From: an uncultured Alphaproteobacteria bacterium
GTDB lineage: Bacteria > Pseudomonadota > Alphaproteobacteria > Rs-D84
Assembly (NCBI GenBank): GCA_905234185.1
Contig: CAJOGC010000001.1
Span: 31,765-95,764, forward strand
Direction: 5' to 3'
DNA length: 64,000 bases
The notes beneath the pieces are model-generated. The model saw only the letters and a program-made list of their open reading frames with translations, was not told the DNA's origin and ran no database searches. Every line of letters begins with the position of its first letter. Position 1 is the first letter of the stretch. The translations under genes and the position numbers were made by a program. Below are positions 1 to 9,838 of this stretch, piece by piece.

Positions 1-189
1 ATCAATCAACATACTGTACAAATTACCGATGTGCATAAAACCCGTGGGACTTGGCGCAAAACGCGTCACGAACGCCCCATCTGGCAAATCACGTGGCGGA
101 AACTTTGCCTCTAATTCCGCGATTGTCCATTTCGGTTCCGCGCCCAATACACGTGCAATTAAATCTTTATCTAAACCATTACGCATTTT
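1..189 (-). CDS. Class I aminoacyl-tRNA synthetase N-terminal fragment (glutamyl-tRNA synthetase-like); runs off the window start
   Basis: Reverse-complement translation from the ATG at 189: [56 protein letters not shown]..., which carries the GluRS-type '[11 protein letters not shown]' signature. It is open to position 1. Its start overlaps the stop of the GNAT gene (ATGCGTAA). Confidence 0.45.
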
Positions 190-751
190 GTTTTCCTTTT
201 TCCCATTCTGACCTTAATTTAGAATATTCACAACTATCATGAATCGAACCATCCGGCCATACCCGATCGGCACGCATAATACCGTCCAATGTATATCCAT
301 TCTTTTCGGCAATTTTACGAGATGCAATATTTTTCGGATTACAATTTAACTTTAATTTATTTATATCCAAGGTTTCAAAAGCAATATCTTCTATTGTTGG
401 CAACAATTTATTTATTACACCCGCGCCCCGTGCAGATTCTTTTAGCCAATACCCAACAAAAGCAAATTTGTTTGCCCCAGAAAATCCTGTTAACCCAATT
501 TCACCTAAAAATTCATCACCTTTGTATATGCCGTACAAATATGGCTGTGTATATCCTTCTCGCATTTTTAGAGATACAAACACATCAAGCGCACTTTGAT
601 AATCATCATTTGGCACCCAAAAACGTAAGTTTTTCATATCCTTAGAGAATATGTCATACAACATCTTTGCATTATCATGTGTCGCCTCTACTGGACGCAA
701 AACAAATTCATAAACGTTTATTTGTTTTGGAAACTCTGCCATAATAATCAT
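179..751 (-). CDS. GNAT family N-acetyltransferase (RimJ/RimL-like)
   Basis: 190-aa ORF. Motifs typical of the GNAT fold (…IGLTGF…FVGYWL…ARGAGV…). It is a paralog of the GNAT at 43939..44523. Confidence 0.55.
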   Translation of the reverse strand: MIIMAEFPKQINVYEFVLRPVEATHDNAKMLYDIFSKDMKNLRFWVPNDDYQSALDVFVSLKMREGYTQPYLYGIYKGDEFLGEIGLTGFSGANKFAFVGYWLKESARGAGVINKLLPTIEDIAFETLDINKLKLNCNPKNIASRKIAEKNGYTLDGIMRADRVWPDGSIHDSCEYSKLRSEWEKGKQNA

Positions 752-788
752 CCTTGTTTTTCAAATATTATGATTTTATACTAAATAT

Positions 789-1424
789 ATGCAAAATCAA
801 GAGATACGAACTTTTGGCCGGCGTCATGGCAAAAAACTCTCCGCACGAAAATTGTGGCTGATGGATAATATTTTACCGGTGATTTTACCAAAAAATGTAA
901 AAAAGGCCGGGAATTTGATTTTGGAAATCGGGTTCGGAAATGGCGAACATGTGCGCGACCTGGCACACGTCAACCCCGATTCGATTATTATTGGTGCGGA
1001 ACCATTTGCAAATGGGGTTGCCGCCCTGCTTTCTGCCATATGCGACGAAAAGACGAATGAAATTCTGCCTGAATATACAAATATCAGAATATGGCCGGAC
1101 GATGTTCGTGATTACCTGCGTGAAACCGATTCGCAATTTTCGCAAATTTGGGTTCTGCACCCGGATCCGTGGCCCAAGGCACGGCATGAAAAACGCCGTT
1201 TGCTTTCCGCCGAATTTATAACAATGCTGGCAACACATCTTGAAAAGCAAGGTCAGATTATTATCGGCACGGACCACTGGGAATATTTTGATTGGATTTT
1301 GGCACAATTAACCACCACAAAATTGAAATATTCAACCCCAGACATGAAAACGATTCATACGCGGTACGCCGAAAAAAACAAGGCGGGTACGACCGCCCCA
1401 AAATACATTATTATTGAAAAGTAA
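789..1424 (+). CDS. trmB: tRNA (guanine46-N7)-methyltransferase
   Basis: 211-aa ORF with the LEIGFGNGEH SAM-binding motif and length typical of TrmB. Confidence 0.85.
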   Translation: MQNQEIRTFGRRHGKKLSARKLWLMDNILPVILPKNVKKAGNLILEIGFGNGEHVRDLAHVNPDSIIIGAEPFANGVAALLSAICDEKTNEILPEYTNIRIWPDDVRDYLRETDSQFSQIWVLHPDPWPKARHEKRRLLSAEFITMLATHLEKQGQIIIGTDHWEYFDWILAQLTTTKLKYSTPDMKTIHTRYAEKNKAGTTAPKYIIIEK

Positions 1425-1464
1425 AAAACGCGCTATATACACCATTCTGGCGCATAGAACAATT

Positions 1465-2136
1465 TCAATTATCAATCCAGAATAATGTTTTCGATACCGT
1501 ATCGTGACGTAATTGTTCGACCAAACGGAACGATTGGTCTATACGCGCGGCATTTTCACCCAACATAAAATGCAGTTCCCCGTGCCAATCGCCCATATCT
1601 GTATTAAGCATCGCATATACGCGTCCAACAAAATCAGATTTATCACCATCGTCATGCGACAAAAACAAAGTTAACGAATCGGCCCGCACGGCCCGCAACG
1701 CCCCGAATACATTTTCCCAATCATCGTGATTTATTTCATTTACATCGATTCCAACAGACAAAGTTTTATTGAAAAACAAATCATCCCGAACAAATTTCAA
1801 TTCTGAAACGAATCGGTCCATATCGCGCGCCCGAACAAAAACAATCGCCCCGTCCGCACCATCACGAAAAGCCCCGGTAATCCGCGATGATAAATCAGAC
1901 ATAACCGCATCATCTGGTGACTTATCAACCATAAAACGTGTAATTATTTTTACATTCGTATTTTCAATCCATGGCCAAAGTTGCGTAATCGCCCCCGGCA
2001 AAATCGATATTGCGCGTAATTTATTAGTAATCGCGGTACCCGCCGCGGCCGCCAAATCGGCACCGACACAATTCACATCACACCACAACCCCATATTATC
2101 ACGCACCTGGTCTAAAAAATTGTTTTGTTCCATCAT
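1465..2136 (-). CDS. hypothetical protein (possible TIM-barrel / DeoC-like fold)
   Basis: 223-aa ORF with no clear family motif. A weak alternating beta/alpha pattern is visible. Confidence 0.35.
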   Translation of the reverse strand: MMEQNNFLDQVRDNMGLWCDVNCVGADLAAAAGTAITNKLRAISILPGAITQLWPWIENTNVKIITRFMVDKSPDDAVMSDLSSRITGAFRDGADGAIVFVRARDMDRFVSELKFVRDDLFFNKTLSVGIDVNEINHDDWENVFGALRAVRADSLTLFLSHDDGDKSDFVGRVYAMLNTDMGDWHGELHFMLGENAARIDQSFRLVEQLRHDTVSKTLFWIDN

Positions 2137-3101
2137 TGTACTTTTTACTTTATCATAAATATGCTACAATACAAATGATGAATAAAATTAATAACATTTT
2201 AATCGGGTTGCTTTGGCTGTTGGCCGTGACATTGGGTTCGACATTTTGGTTCAATACAATGTTCGGTTTCAATATTTTTTCGATTCAACACTGGCAACAT
2301 CTTGCCTATGTCCAGGCAACGGGTCAAACCGTAAAACCGACATTTTATATTTCTGTTGTTATTGCAGTATTACTTGCCATGTTCGGTTTATATAAATTAT
2401 TGCAGCCGCGTTTTCGCAAGACAGTGCTACAATTATCTGACAACCCCATGCCAGAGCACCAAGGAACCTCCCCCCAGATGCCAGCCATCCAACAAACACA
2501 ACAATATGAGAATACTGCATCGGCATCCACAACGTCCCAGATGTCCACAACAGACAACAATAGCCCCGACACAGGCATAACATCGACCGCCGACCGGCCA
2601 CCACGATTAAACATCCCAACGATTACCCGCACTGAAACCGTGCCACGCGTTCCTTTGGCCGCCGCCCAAATAACACACAAAAATCCCGAAACAGAATACG
2701 CCGATATCCGCAATATATTCGAATCTGCGGGCTATGTATTCAAGGGCATGCCAAAAATCAAGAATGTGCAAATCGCGACGGTTGCTATTGGTACAGGCGA
2801 GATTCTTTGGATTGGTGCTGTTGATGTTAAAAATAGTGATATGCAACGCGCAGTCCAGACATTATCTGGCGTATTTACCGATACACTGGAAGACATAGAA
2901 ATCCATATTCGTGCATTTGTAATCGCCGCACCCGATGCTGCAAACGCGCCATCAGACATTTTACAATTTGCATCTGTGGAAGATTTGCGCAACTATATAA
3001 ACGATGTTCCAAATACGCCGCCGGATGCGGACGAAGCGGATAATTTTGACGCATATTCTGGATACATCGGAACAGTTATGGATTACATAGGAAAGATATA
3101 A
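2136..3101 (+). CDS. membrane protein with two N-terminal TM helices, a Q/T/S-rich linker and a C-terminal globular domain
   Basis: 321-aa ORF. The true start is probably MMNKINN at about 2172, because 2136 is shared with the divergent gene. It has a low-complexity region (PQMPAIQQTQQYENTASASTTSQMSTTDNNSPDTGITST). Its stop overlaps the next start (TAATG). Confidence 0.5.
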   Translation: MYFLLYHKYATIQMMNKINNILIGLLWLLAVTLGSTFWFNTMFGFNIFSIQHWQHLAYVQATGQTVKPTFYISVVIAVLLAMFGLYKLLQPRFRKTVLQLSDNPMPEHQGTSPQMPAIQQTQQYENTASASTTSQMSTTDNNSPDTGITSTADRPPRLNIPTITRTETVPRVPLAAAQITHKNPETEYADIRNIFESAGYVFKGMPKIKNVQIATVAIGTGEILWIGAVDVKNSDMQRAVQTLSGVFTDTLEDIEIHIRAFVIAAPDAANAPSDILQFASVEDLRNYINDVPNTPPDADEADNFDAYSGYIGTVMDYIGKI

Positions 3102-3607
3102 TGCACTGGTCCCAGGAAGTTGCAGAAAAAAGAATAGCAGATTTAGGCATGAAAGATTTGCCACTGGTCCAAATACACCCATTGCCCCACCCGGTACCCC
3201 AAGACTGGTACACAAAATATCACGATTTTATTCACGAATTTGTAAAAACACTTGGCGACTCTATTTCTGAACTGGCATATATGAACCTGCCCCAGGGGGA
3301 TTTTATAGACTTGGTTATGGGGCATCGCATGCCGGATAACTTATCCTTAAGACTGCGCACCCCGTTGGTTTGGGGCGGCAAACTGGAACCAGACAATATG
3401 TTTTTATGTACGACTTTTCCACATTCCTACAACATGGACCGATTTATAATTGAACAGAATGGCAACGACCTTATCTGGATGCCAAATCCCGCAAAAAAGG
3501 TTTATTGGCCTGTACACATGATGAATGGTGGTGACGGTGGAAATGCGACATCTGACCGATTAAGCCAAATGGCCGCGCAAATCGCGGCTTCGCGTGGAAT
3601 GGAATAG
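3101..3607 (+). CDS. hypothetical protein
   Basis: 168-aa ORF translationally coupled to both neighbours, with no recognisable motif. Confidence 0.45.
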   Translation: MHWSQEVAEKRIADLGMKDLPLVQIHPLPHPVPQDWYTKYHDFIHEFVKTLGDSISELAYMNLPQGDFIDLVMGHRMPDNLSLRLRTPLVWGGKLEPDNMFLCTTFPHSYNMDRFIIEQNGNDLIWMPNPAKKVYWPVHMMNGGDGGNATSDRLSQMAAQIAASRGME

Positions 3608-4046
3608 AAACATGAATACAAACGAATTTTTATCTTTGATGAAATCCCATGGTGCAACGCTATACCCCCCCACGGACATACGCGACACCACATTGGCAAA
3701 CGATGTGCTTAAATCGCGCCGATGTGCAATGATTCCGGCCGTTCTTATTGATTTATATAAATCGGCATCTGCCATTAACCTGGGGACTGGATATATTTTT
3801 GGACCAACCGAATGCGCACGTGGCACACGTTTTCCGATACCTTCGATTGTCCAAATTAATATGGACATGCTTGGGAATGACGCTTTATTCGGCAAAACAG
3901 TGTTTGGCCGAAACGATTTATTTTGGTTCGCATTCGATGCGTTCGGCGCGTTCTATATGCTTGATAACCTGAACTTGCGCGTTTTAAAAAAATATGACGA
4001 TCCATATCGGGCTATGTCCGATTGTTTAATCGCGGGTAAATTTTAA
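3594..4046 (+). CDS. hypothetical protein (weak SMI1/KNR4-SUKH-like features)
   Basis: 150-aa ORF that overlaps the upstream gene by 14 nt. The pattern …IPAVLIDLY…NLGTGYIF… is vaguely like SUKH immunity-protein cores. Confidence 0.4.
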   Translation: MEWNRNMNTNEFLSLMKSHGATLYPPTDIRDTTLANDVLKSRRCAMIPAVLIDLYKSASAINLGTGYIFGPTECARGTRFPIPSIVQINMDMLGNDALFGKTVFGRNDLFWFAFDAFGAFYMLDNLNLRVLKKYDDPYRAMSDCLIAGKF

Positions 4047-4047
4047 T

Positions 4048-4263
4048 ATGAAAAAAATATCGGTATCTTTATCGGGTCACCAAACCAGTATTTCGCTGGA
4101 ACCAGAATTCGTAGATGCGCTTAATCAAATTTCAAAACACGATAAAGTTTCTGTCGCATCGATTATACAAAATATTGACGACACTCGTTCACCTGAATCT
4201 AATCTTTCGTCTGCGGTGCGTTCATACATATTACGCCGATACATGCAAGAATCAAAATTATAA
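4048..4263 (+). CDS. ribbon-helix-helix (RHH_4-like) small DNA-binding protein
   Basis: 71 aa: MKKISVSLSGHQTSISLEPEFVDALNQISKHDKVSVASIIQ…NLSSAVRSYIL. This matches the widely conserved alphaproteobacterial RHH family. Confidence 0.5.
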   Translation: MKKISVSLSGHQTSISLEPEFVDALNQISKHDKVSVASIIQNIDDTRSPESNLSSAVRSYILRRYMQESKL

Positions 4264-6211
4264 TCATTATTCCGTCTCGGCCGATTTTACGATACACCGT
4301 GTCGTGCGCACCCCATACAGTACCGTCTAAAACCCCCGCTTGACCTATTGGCAATGATGATAATATTTCGCCATTTGATAATACAAATGCACTTATACCA
4401 GAATAATTTGCTCTTATAACCGGCAACCCTGATTCAATTGCATAGCGACGAACCATATCCAAATGCTGGTATGTTCCGGGCGTTTTGCCGAACCAAGTAT
4501 CATTTGTAATGTTTACTATCGCATTTGGGGTTAAATCTGCACGTGGAACCAGTGAATCAGAAAATATAATCTCGTAGCAAATTGCCGGGGCAAAAATAAA
4601 TTCGCCGTTTTCCGTATCGATTGTTATCAGTTCCGCCCCGCCCCCATGCGCCAAGTGCACAGGCGAAGGCATAAACCCAAAAAGACTATACTCACCAAAT
4701 GGGACCAGATGTGATTTGTTGTATACATTATAAATATTGCCATCAGATGACGCGATTGCCATAGAATTATATGATTTTCCATCTGAAAAATAATTTGTTC
4801 CTATGATAACATTTGTTTTCAATGCACTTGCCAACGGCATATCATCACCATCAATCAACGTATATGGATATGTCGTTTCCGGAAAAACTATCAAATCAGG
4901 ATTCTCTGCGTCCGCTGCCAATTGAAATAAACGAATCATGTTTTCTTCGGCACGTTTCAGCGCGTCCGCACGTGAATAAACCATCTTTTGAGATTGTGAC
5001 TGTGCGGGTTGAACAATGCGTATCATTGCATTTGTTTTGTTATCATTCGATGCGACATGAATATTATACATGCCGTAAAATCCGCCACATAGCGCAATTA
5101 TAACAAAGAACAAAAACACACCCCAGGAACGCCTTGATTTAACATTTCGTAATAATTCAACACCCTCGGCAATTAATCCAACAATGATAAATGTTAACCC
5201 CAATGCCCCCCATAATGACATTGAATTAGCAATCATCGGGAACGGCAATGCTATATTCGCAACAGGATTCCATGGGAACCCGGAAAAAATCCATTCACGC
5301 ATCCATAAAACTAATGTCCAAACCCCGGCAAACATGAACACGCGTGCCCCAGGTGTTATACGGCCACGCGCAATGGATACAAACGGAACAGAAAAGAACA
5401 TAGCCCCAAAAACACCAATTCCTATTAATGCCGGCGCAGTCCATATTGCAAATTGTTTCGTTAATTCTGGAACAACATATATAGAATCAAGGGTCCACCA
5501 CAACATTGATATCGCATACATAATACCAAACGGTGACACACGCAAAAACTCACGCCACAAGACATCGTATTTTGTCCGCCGTATCGTTAACCAATAAGCA
5601 CCTGCAATTCCAAATACGGTTGCAAACCAACAATAAAAAGGTGCAAACCCAAACGCCGCTATGCCACCAAACAATGCATATAGCGCATATTGCCAAAAAC
5701 CGTTTTCACGGATTTTCAACTTTGTTAAAAACGCAATAGTGTGTGATCCAGGACAACATTTACCATTTGTACATGATATATTTTCATCATCTGCATATGG
5801 GTTTTTATAACCTAATTTTTTCATAATAGAAATCTCTTTGGACTCCATAATTTTTGCTTCGTCATCCAAAATATGGTCATATCCACGCAGATGCAACATG
5901 CCATGAACAACCATATGTACCACATGTTCCTGGACAGATATATTAGCCGCATCTGCTTCACGCATCACTGTATCTAATGAAATATAAATATCGCCCAATA
6001 ACAAATCGTCCCCCAGTTCAAATGACAGAACATTAGTTGGTTTATCCATACCGCGATATTTTTTATTAAGTTTATGTATTTCCTTATCATTGGTAAGTAT
6101 TATCGACACTTCGGCATCTTTATTTTTTGGTCCCGCCGCATTTGCAACACGTGCAAAATCAATGTCGTATTTTTCCCAACGTTTATCATTATAATTTACA
6201 TAAACCTGCAT
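4199..6211 (-). CDS. lnt: YbeY (rRNA maturation endoribonuclease) fused in frame to apolipoprotein N-acyltransferase Lnt
   Basis: The N-terminal ~155 aa contain the YbeY motif HGMLHLRGYDH. There is no stop codon, and the frame continues into an Lnt-like multi-TM region followed by a nitrilase/CN-hydrolase domain (…ICYEIIF…). A TTG codon (…TKLKIRENGFW) could be an independent lnt start. Confidence 0.8.
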   Translation of the reverse strand: MQVYVNYNDKRWEKYDIDFARVANAAGPKNKDAEVSIILTNDKEIHKLNKKYRGMDKPTNVLSFELGDDLLLGDIYISLDTVMREADAANISVQEHVVHMVVHGMLHLRGYDHILDDEAKIMESKEISIMKKLGYKNPYADDENISCTNGKCCPGSHTIAFLTKLKIRENGFWQYALYALFGGIAAFGFAPFYCWFATVFGIAGAYWLTIRRTKYDVLWREFLRVSPFGIMYAISMLWWTLDSIYVVPELTKQFAIWTAPALIGIGVFGAMFFSVPFVSIARGRITPGARVFMFAGVWTLVLWMREWIFSGFPWNPVANIALPFPMIANSMSLWGALGLTFIIVGLIAEGVELLRNVKSRRSWGVFLFFVIIALCGGFYGMYNIHVASNDNKTNAMIRIVQPAQSQSQKMVYSRADALKRAEENMIRLFQLAADAENPDLIVFPETTYPYTLIDGDDMPLASALKTNVIIGTNYFSDGKSYNSMAIASSDGNIYNVYNKSHLVPFGEYSLFGFMPSPVHLAHGGGAELITIDTENGEFIFAPAICYEIIFSDSLVPRADLTPNAIVNITNDTWFGKTPGTYQHLDMVRRYAIESGLPVIRANYSGISAFVLSNGEILSSLPIGQAGVLDGTVWGAHDTVYRKIGRDGIMIIILILACIGVICMNAPQTKD

Positions 6212-6234
6212 GTTATTTTCCTCTCTATGTGCAT

Positions 6235-8061
6235 CTAGGCGCGGTATTCCGCATTTTTAATATTATGCACGACATCTTTTTTTACAACCTTTGATTTAAT
6301 CCGTGCAGACGCCTCATTAAAAGCAGTTTTCTTTGTATTTGTTGTATTTCGTTCTTTTATCATATTTGCAACACGGGTGACATCTGACTGAACGCGACTA
6401 TTACCATTTGCAACAGATAATTTATAATTAGCCAATGCCTTTTGCAAATTCCCTTTTTGTTCATATGCATATCCAGCATTATACTGGGCGGCGGCATATT
6501 GTGATTTATCACCAATACGATTAACAATTTCCTGGGCATGTTTTATTGCATCATCATATCGTTTCAATCGATTATATGTGGCCGCTAAATCATTATGCAA
6601 CAATGCATTATCAGGGTATTTGTTGACTAATTCCTCATATTTAGATGCGGCATCGTTATACTTTCTACTTTTATATAACCCCAGAGCATATTGATATTCA
6701 GAATCAAAATCGTTGTTTTTTGTAATCTTGTCTTTAGATTTGACATCATCAGACCTTAAATGAATTATTTTTTCTTTTGGACCGCTGTCAAACTTACGGC
6801 CACGTCTGATAACATCAACTTCGTCCATGGTAAGATAGTTCATAACAGGTTCTTGAATCGTCCCCATTGTTTTACGATGTTTTGTTTGTAATAACATTTC
6901 ATTAATATTGTCGGGAACAATTATTCCATTTACACGACCATTACTGCCATATGTTAACAGGCGTCCAGGTTCTTCACCAGATGTATGATTATTTTTTTGA
7001 TATTTTTTTACAGCATCTTCTATTGTATATGGCGATTCGGCAATCGCGTACAATATTGTTGTATCACGCACATTCCCGGCATAATACAATGCGCTAACCG
7101 CATATTTATTGGCCAACCCACCCCATCGTGTCGAACGACGACCACCAAATGCATTTATATATGTCTGTAAAATAACATCGTCAGAATTTCCTGCGTTTAC
7201 AGCATCACGCACAACATGCCCTGTATTCCCATCACGGTATGTTTTATCGCCTCTGTTATATCCAGCAACCGCTAAAATAGTGAACAACTTGTAATCCAGT
7301 GGTTTTTTAAATTCCGCCTTGATTTCTGGATACACCCTTTCTTTTAACCACGATTCTGCAAGCAATCGTGCTTCACTTTTAGTGACATGAAAATCACTAG
7401 ATGATACGGGTCTCTCTAAAACACGTTCTGCAAATTTAATGTGCACCTCATCGTCTATGGTAAATCCGGCACCAACTGTTGATGTACCATTACCACCATT
7501 ATCATCATAAGAATCCGCAATAAAACCCTCACTTGAAAAAATATGTGCAACCACATAAGGATGAATCGCATCTATTTGTTTTTTCCATGTTTCATCATCT
7601 GCGTTTGGATCTAATTTAAATCCTTCTACTTCACCATCATGGTGCCGTATTTCGTTCAACACTTTTTCTATACGTGCTTTGATAACAGAATCTTCAGAAT
7701 TCAGATCTTGAGAAACCTTATATCCACCAACCACACTTGCCAGCAACATCCACCACGAAACGATTGCGGTAAAGTTCGGATTTTTCTTTACGAATTTCGG
7801 GAACTTTTTTTCTTTACCGTTTTTATTTTTTCCAACTTTTACCTTTGCAAAAACTTTTTCACCGCCCCGTGTTATAAAATTGTCCAATGGAACATGCGCC
7901 GCCAACCATAGTACTATTTGCATTGCCGCCACAGTTCCCATACCCGCACCACGTGCGATTTTACCACCTGTCTTTTGTGGATTTGTATTTTTGATTTTTT
8001 TACCAACATTTCCAACAGCACGATGCGGTGCATTAACAATTTTACGAAACTTCTCTGACAT
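6235..8061 (-). CDS. membrane-anchored protein with a lysozyme-like (GH24/GH108-like) domain and C-terminal TPR repeats
   Basis: 608 aa with two N-terminal TM helices. The segment …SEGFIADSYDDNGGNGTSTVGAGFTIDDEV… resembles the E-G…D…G…T-G catalytic region of phage-type muramidases. The C-terminus has TPR-like repeats (YNAGYAYEQKGNLQKALANY; LAATYNRLKRYDDAIKHAQ). Confidence 0.55.
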   Translation of the reverse strand: MSEKFRKIVNAPHRAVGNVGKKIKNTNPQKTGGKIARGAGMGTVAAMQIVLWLAAHVPLDNFITRGGEKVFAKVKVGKNKNGKEKKFPKFVKKNPNFTAIVSWWMLLASVVGGYKVSQDLNSEDSVIKARIEKVLNEIRHHDGEVEGFKLDPNADDETWKKQIDAIHPYVVAHIFSSEGFIADSYDDNGGNGTSTVGAGFTIDDEVHIKFAERVLERPVSSSDFHVTKSEARLLAESWLKERVYPEIKAEFKKPLDYKLFTILAVAGYNRGDKTYRDGNTGHVVRDAVNAGNSDDVILQTYINAFGGRRSTRWGGLANKYAVSALYYAGNVRDTTILYAIAESPYTIEDAVKKYQKNNHTSGEEPGRLLTYGSNGRVNGIIVPDNINEMLLQTKHRKTMGTIQEPVMNYLTMDEVDVIRRGRKFDSGPKEKIIHLRSDDVKSKDKITKNNDFDSEYQYALGLYKSRKYNDAASKYEELVNKYPDNALLHNDLAATYNRLKRYDDAIKHAQEIVNRIGDKSQYAAAQYNAGYAYEQKGNLQKALANYKLSVANGNSRVQSDVTRVANMIKERNTTNTKKTAFNEASARIKSKVVKKDVVHNIKNAEYRA

Positions 8062-8073
8062 TTATATTCCTTT

Positions 8074-8436
8074 TTACTTCTTTCCAAATCCAGTTTTCTT
8101 GGCAATTTTGGAACGCGTGACCGCATAGTTCGGCGCCACAAACGGATAGTCATGTGGCAACCCCCATTTTTCACGATACTGATCCGGGGTTAAATTATAT
8201 TTACGCTTTATATACCGACGCAGCATGATGTGCCATGTGCCGTCTTCCAGGCACTGAATCCGATCCGGCCGCACAGATTTCGCAATTTCCGATTCGGTCG
8301 CCGCATGCCCCAACAGGGTTATTCGCGCCTGGGCCACCGCCGCCGCCATGGTAAGTTTCGGATTCGCCGCCATTGCCGCCGCCGCCAGGTTTGCGACCGC
8401 CAATGCAACTTCGGCATCTTTTGCATTATTTACCAA
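8074..8436 (-). CDS. mucR: Ros/MucR family zinc-finger transcriptional regulator
   Basis: 120 aa. The C-terminal portion (…PDRIQCLEDGTWHIMLRRYIKRKYNLTPDQYREKWGLPHDYPFVAPNY…) matches the Ros/MucR fold and length. Confidence 0.7.
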   Translation of the reverse strand: MVNNAKDAEVALAVANLAAAAMAANPKLTMAAAVAQARITLLGHAATESEIAKSVRPDRIQCLEDGTWHIMLRRYIKRKYNLTPDQYREKWGLPHDYPFVAPNYAVTRSKIAKKTGFGKK

Positions 8437-8505
8437 TTGATAACCTCTTATTTATTTATTACAATTATTATACCACAAATAAAACACAAGTAAAATATAA
8501 GTAAA

Positions 8506-9783
8506 ATGAATAATGACAACCGACCTTTGGCCGATTTAATGCGTCCCAACACTATCAATGAAGTGCTGGGCCAGGTCGCGTTACTGGGTGAAAATGGCTT
8601 GGTTCGCCGCATGGTTGAAAACCAGAAATTATCCAACCTGATTTTATGGGGGCCACCGGGCTGTGGCAAAACCACAATCGCGCGTGCATTGGCAAATTCG
8701 GTTGATATGGACTTTGTGCCGATGTCCGCGGTATTTTCCGGTACCGCCGACATTAAAAAGGCAGTCGAGGCCGCAAAACTTCGCAAACAAATCGGTCGTG
8801 GCACTTTGTTGTTCATCGACGAAATTCACCGATTTAATAAAACGCAACAGGATACATTATTGCCGTATTTAGAAGACGGTACTGTTGTCTTTATTGGTGC
8901 GACAACTGAAAACCCATCGTTTAATTTAAACAACGCGTTGCTGTCGCGTTGCCATGTCGGCGTTCTGGAACCATTGGGCACCGACGATTTAATGGAATTG
9001 ATGAACCGCACTGAAAAGTTTACAGGTAAAAAATTGCCACTGGACGCATCGGCACGCACACATTTGGCACAAATGGCGGATGGCGACGCGCGGTTTTTAT
9101 TAAACACCATTGAATATTTATTAAACGCAAATTTCAAAAAAGAATTGTCGCCCGACGAACTGGACAACGCGATTCAAAAACGTGCACCATTATCGGACAA
9201 ATCTGGCGATGAACACTATAATTTAATTTCCGCGGTGCATAAATCACTGCGTGCATCTGACACCGATGCGGCGCTTTATTGGGTTGCGCGGATGATGACA
9301 TCGGGCCAGGATCCAATGTATATATTCCGTCGTTTGACAAGATTCGCAATGGAAGATGTGGGGCTTGCCGATCCAAACGCGATTCAAATGGCAATTGCAA
9401 CATGGAACGCGTATGAAAGAATGGGATCGCCAGAGGGTGATATAGCACTTGCGGAATTGGTTGTATACCTGGGCACCGCACCAAAAAGCAATCGGTTGGA
9501 CAAGGCGATTCATGCCGCATATGCGGCGGCGGTTGAAACAGGATCGTTAATGCCACCAAAAAACATTTTAAATGCCCCAACCCGCATGATGAAAAATATG
9601 GGGTATGGTGCGGGCTATGTATATGAACCCGACACCGAAAGCGGTTTTTCCGGCCAGAATTGTTTCCCTGAAAAAATGGGACGCCGCACATTTTACACAC
9701 CGGTCGAACGCGGTTTCGAACGCGAAATCAAAAAGCGTCTTGAATATTGGAATTCCCTGCGTGAACAATTGGGCAAAAAATGA
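8506..9783 (+). CDS. rarA: replication-associated recombination protein A (AAA+ ATPase RarA/MgsA)
   Basis: 425 aa with Walker A (LWGPPGCGKTT) and RarA-type C-terminal domains. Confidence 0.85.
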   Translation: MNNDNRPLADLMRPNTINEVLGQVALLGENGLVRRMVENQKLSNLILWGPPGCGKTTIARALANSVDMDFVPMSAVFSGTADIKKAVEAAKLRKQIGRGTLLFIDEIHRFNKTQQDTLLPYLEDGTVVFIGATTENPSFNLNNALLSRCHVGVLEPLGTDDLMELMNRTEKFTGKKLPLDASARTHLAQMADGDARFLLNTIEYLLNANFKKELSPDELDNAIQKRAPLSDKSGDEHYNLISAVHKSLRASDTDAALYWVARMMTSGQDPMYIFRRLTRFAMEDVGLADPNAIQMAIATWNAYERMGSPEGDIALAELVVYLGTAPKSNRLDKAIHAAYAAAVETGSLMPPKNILNAPTRMMKNMGYGAGYVYEPDTESGFSGQNCFPEKMGRRTFYTPVERGFEREIKKRLEYWNSLREQLGKK

Positions 9784-9838
9784 TTGTAGGTTATATGTTA
9801 AATCGCTGCTATGCGATCACTTTGTTCTAATGGTTTTA

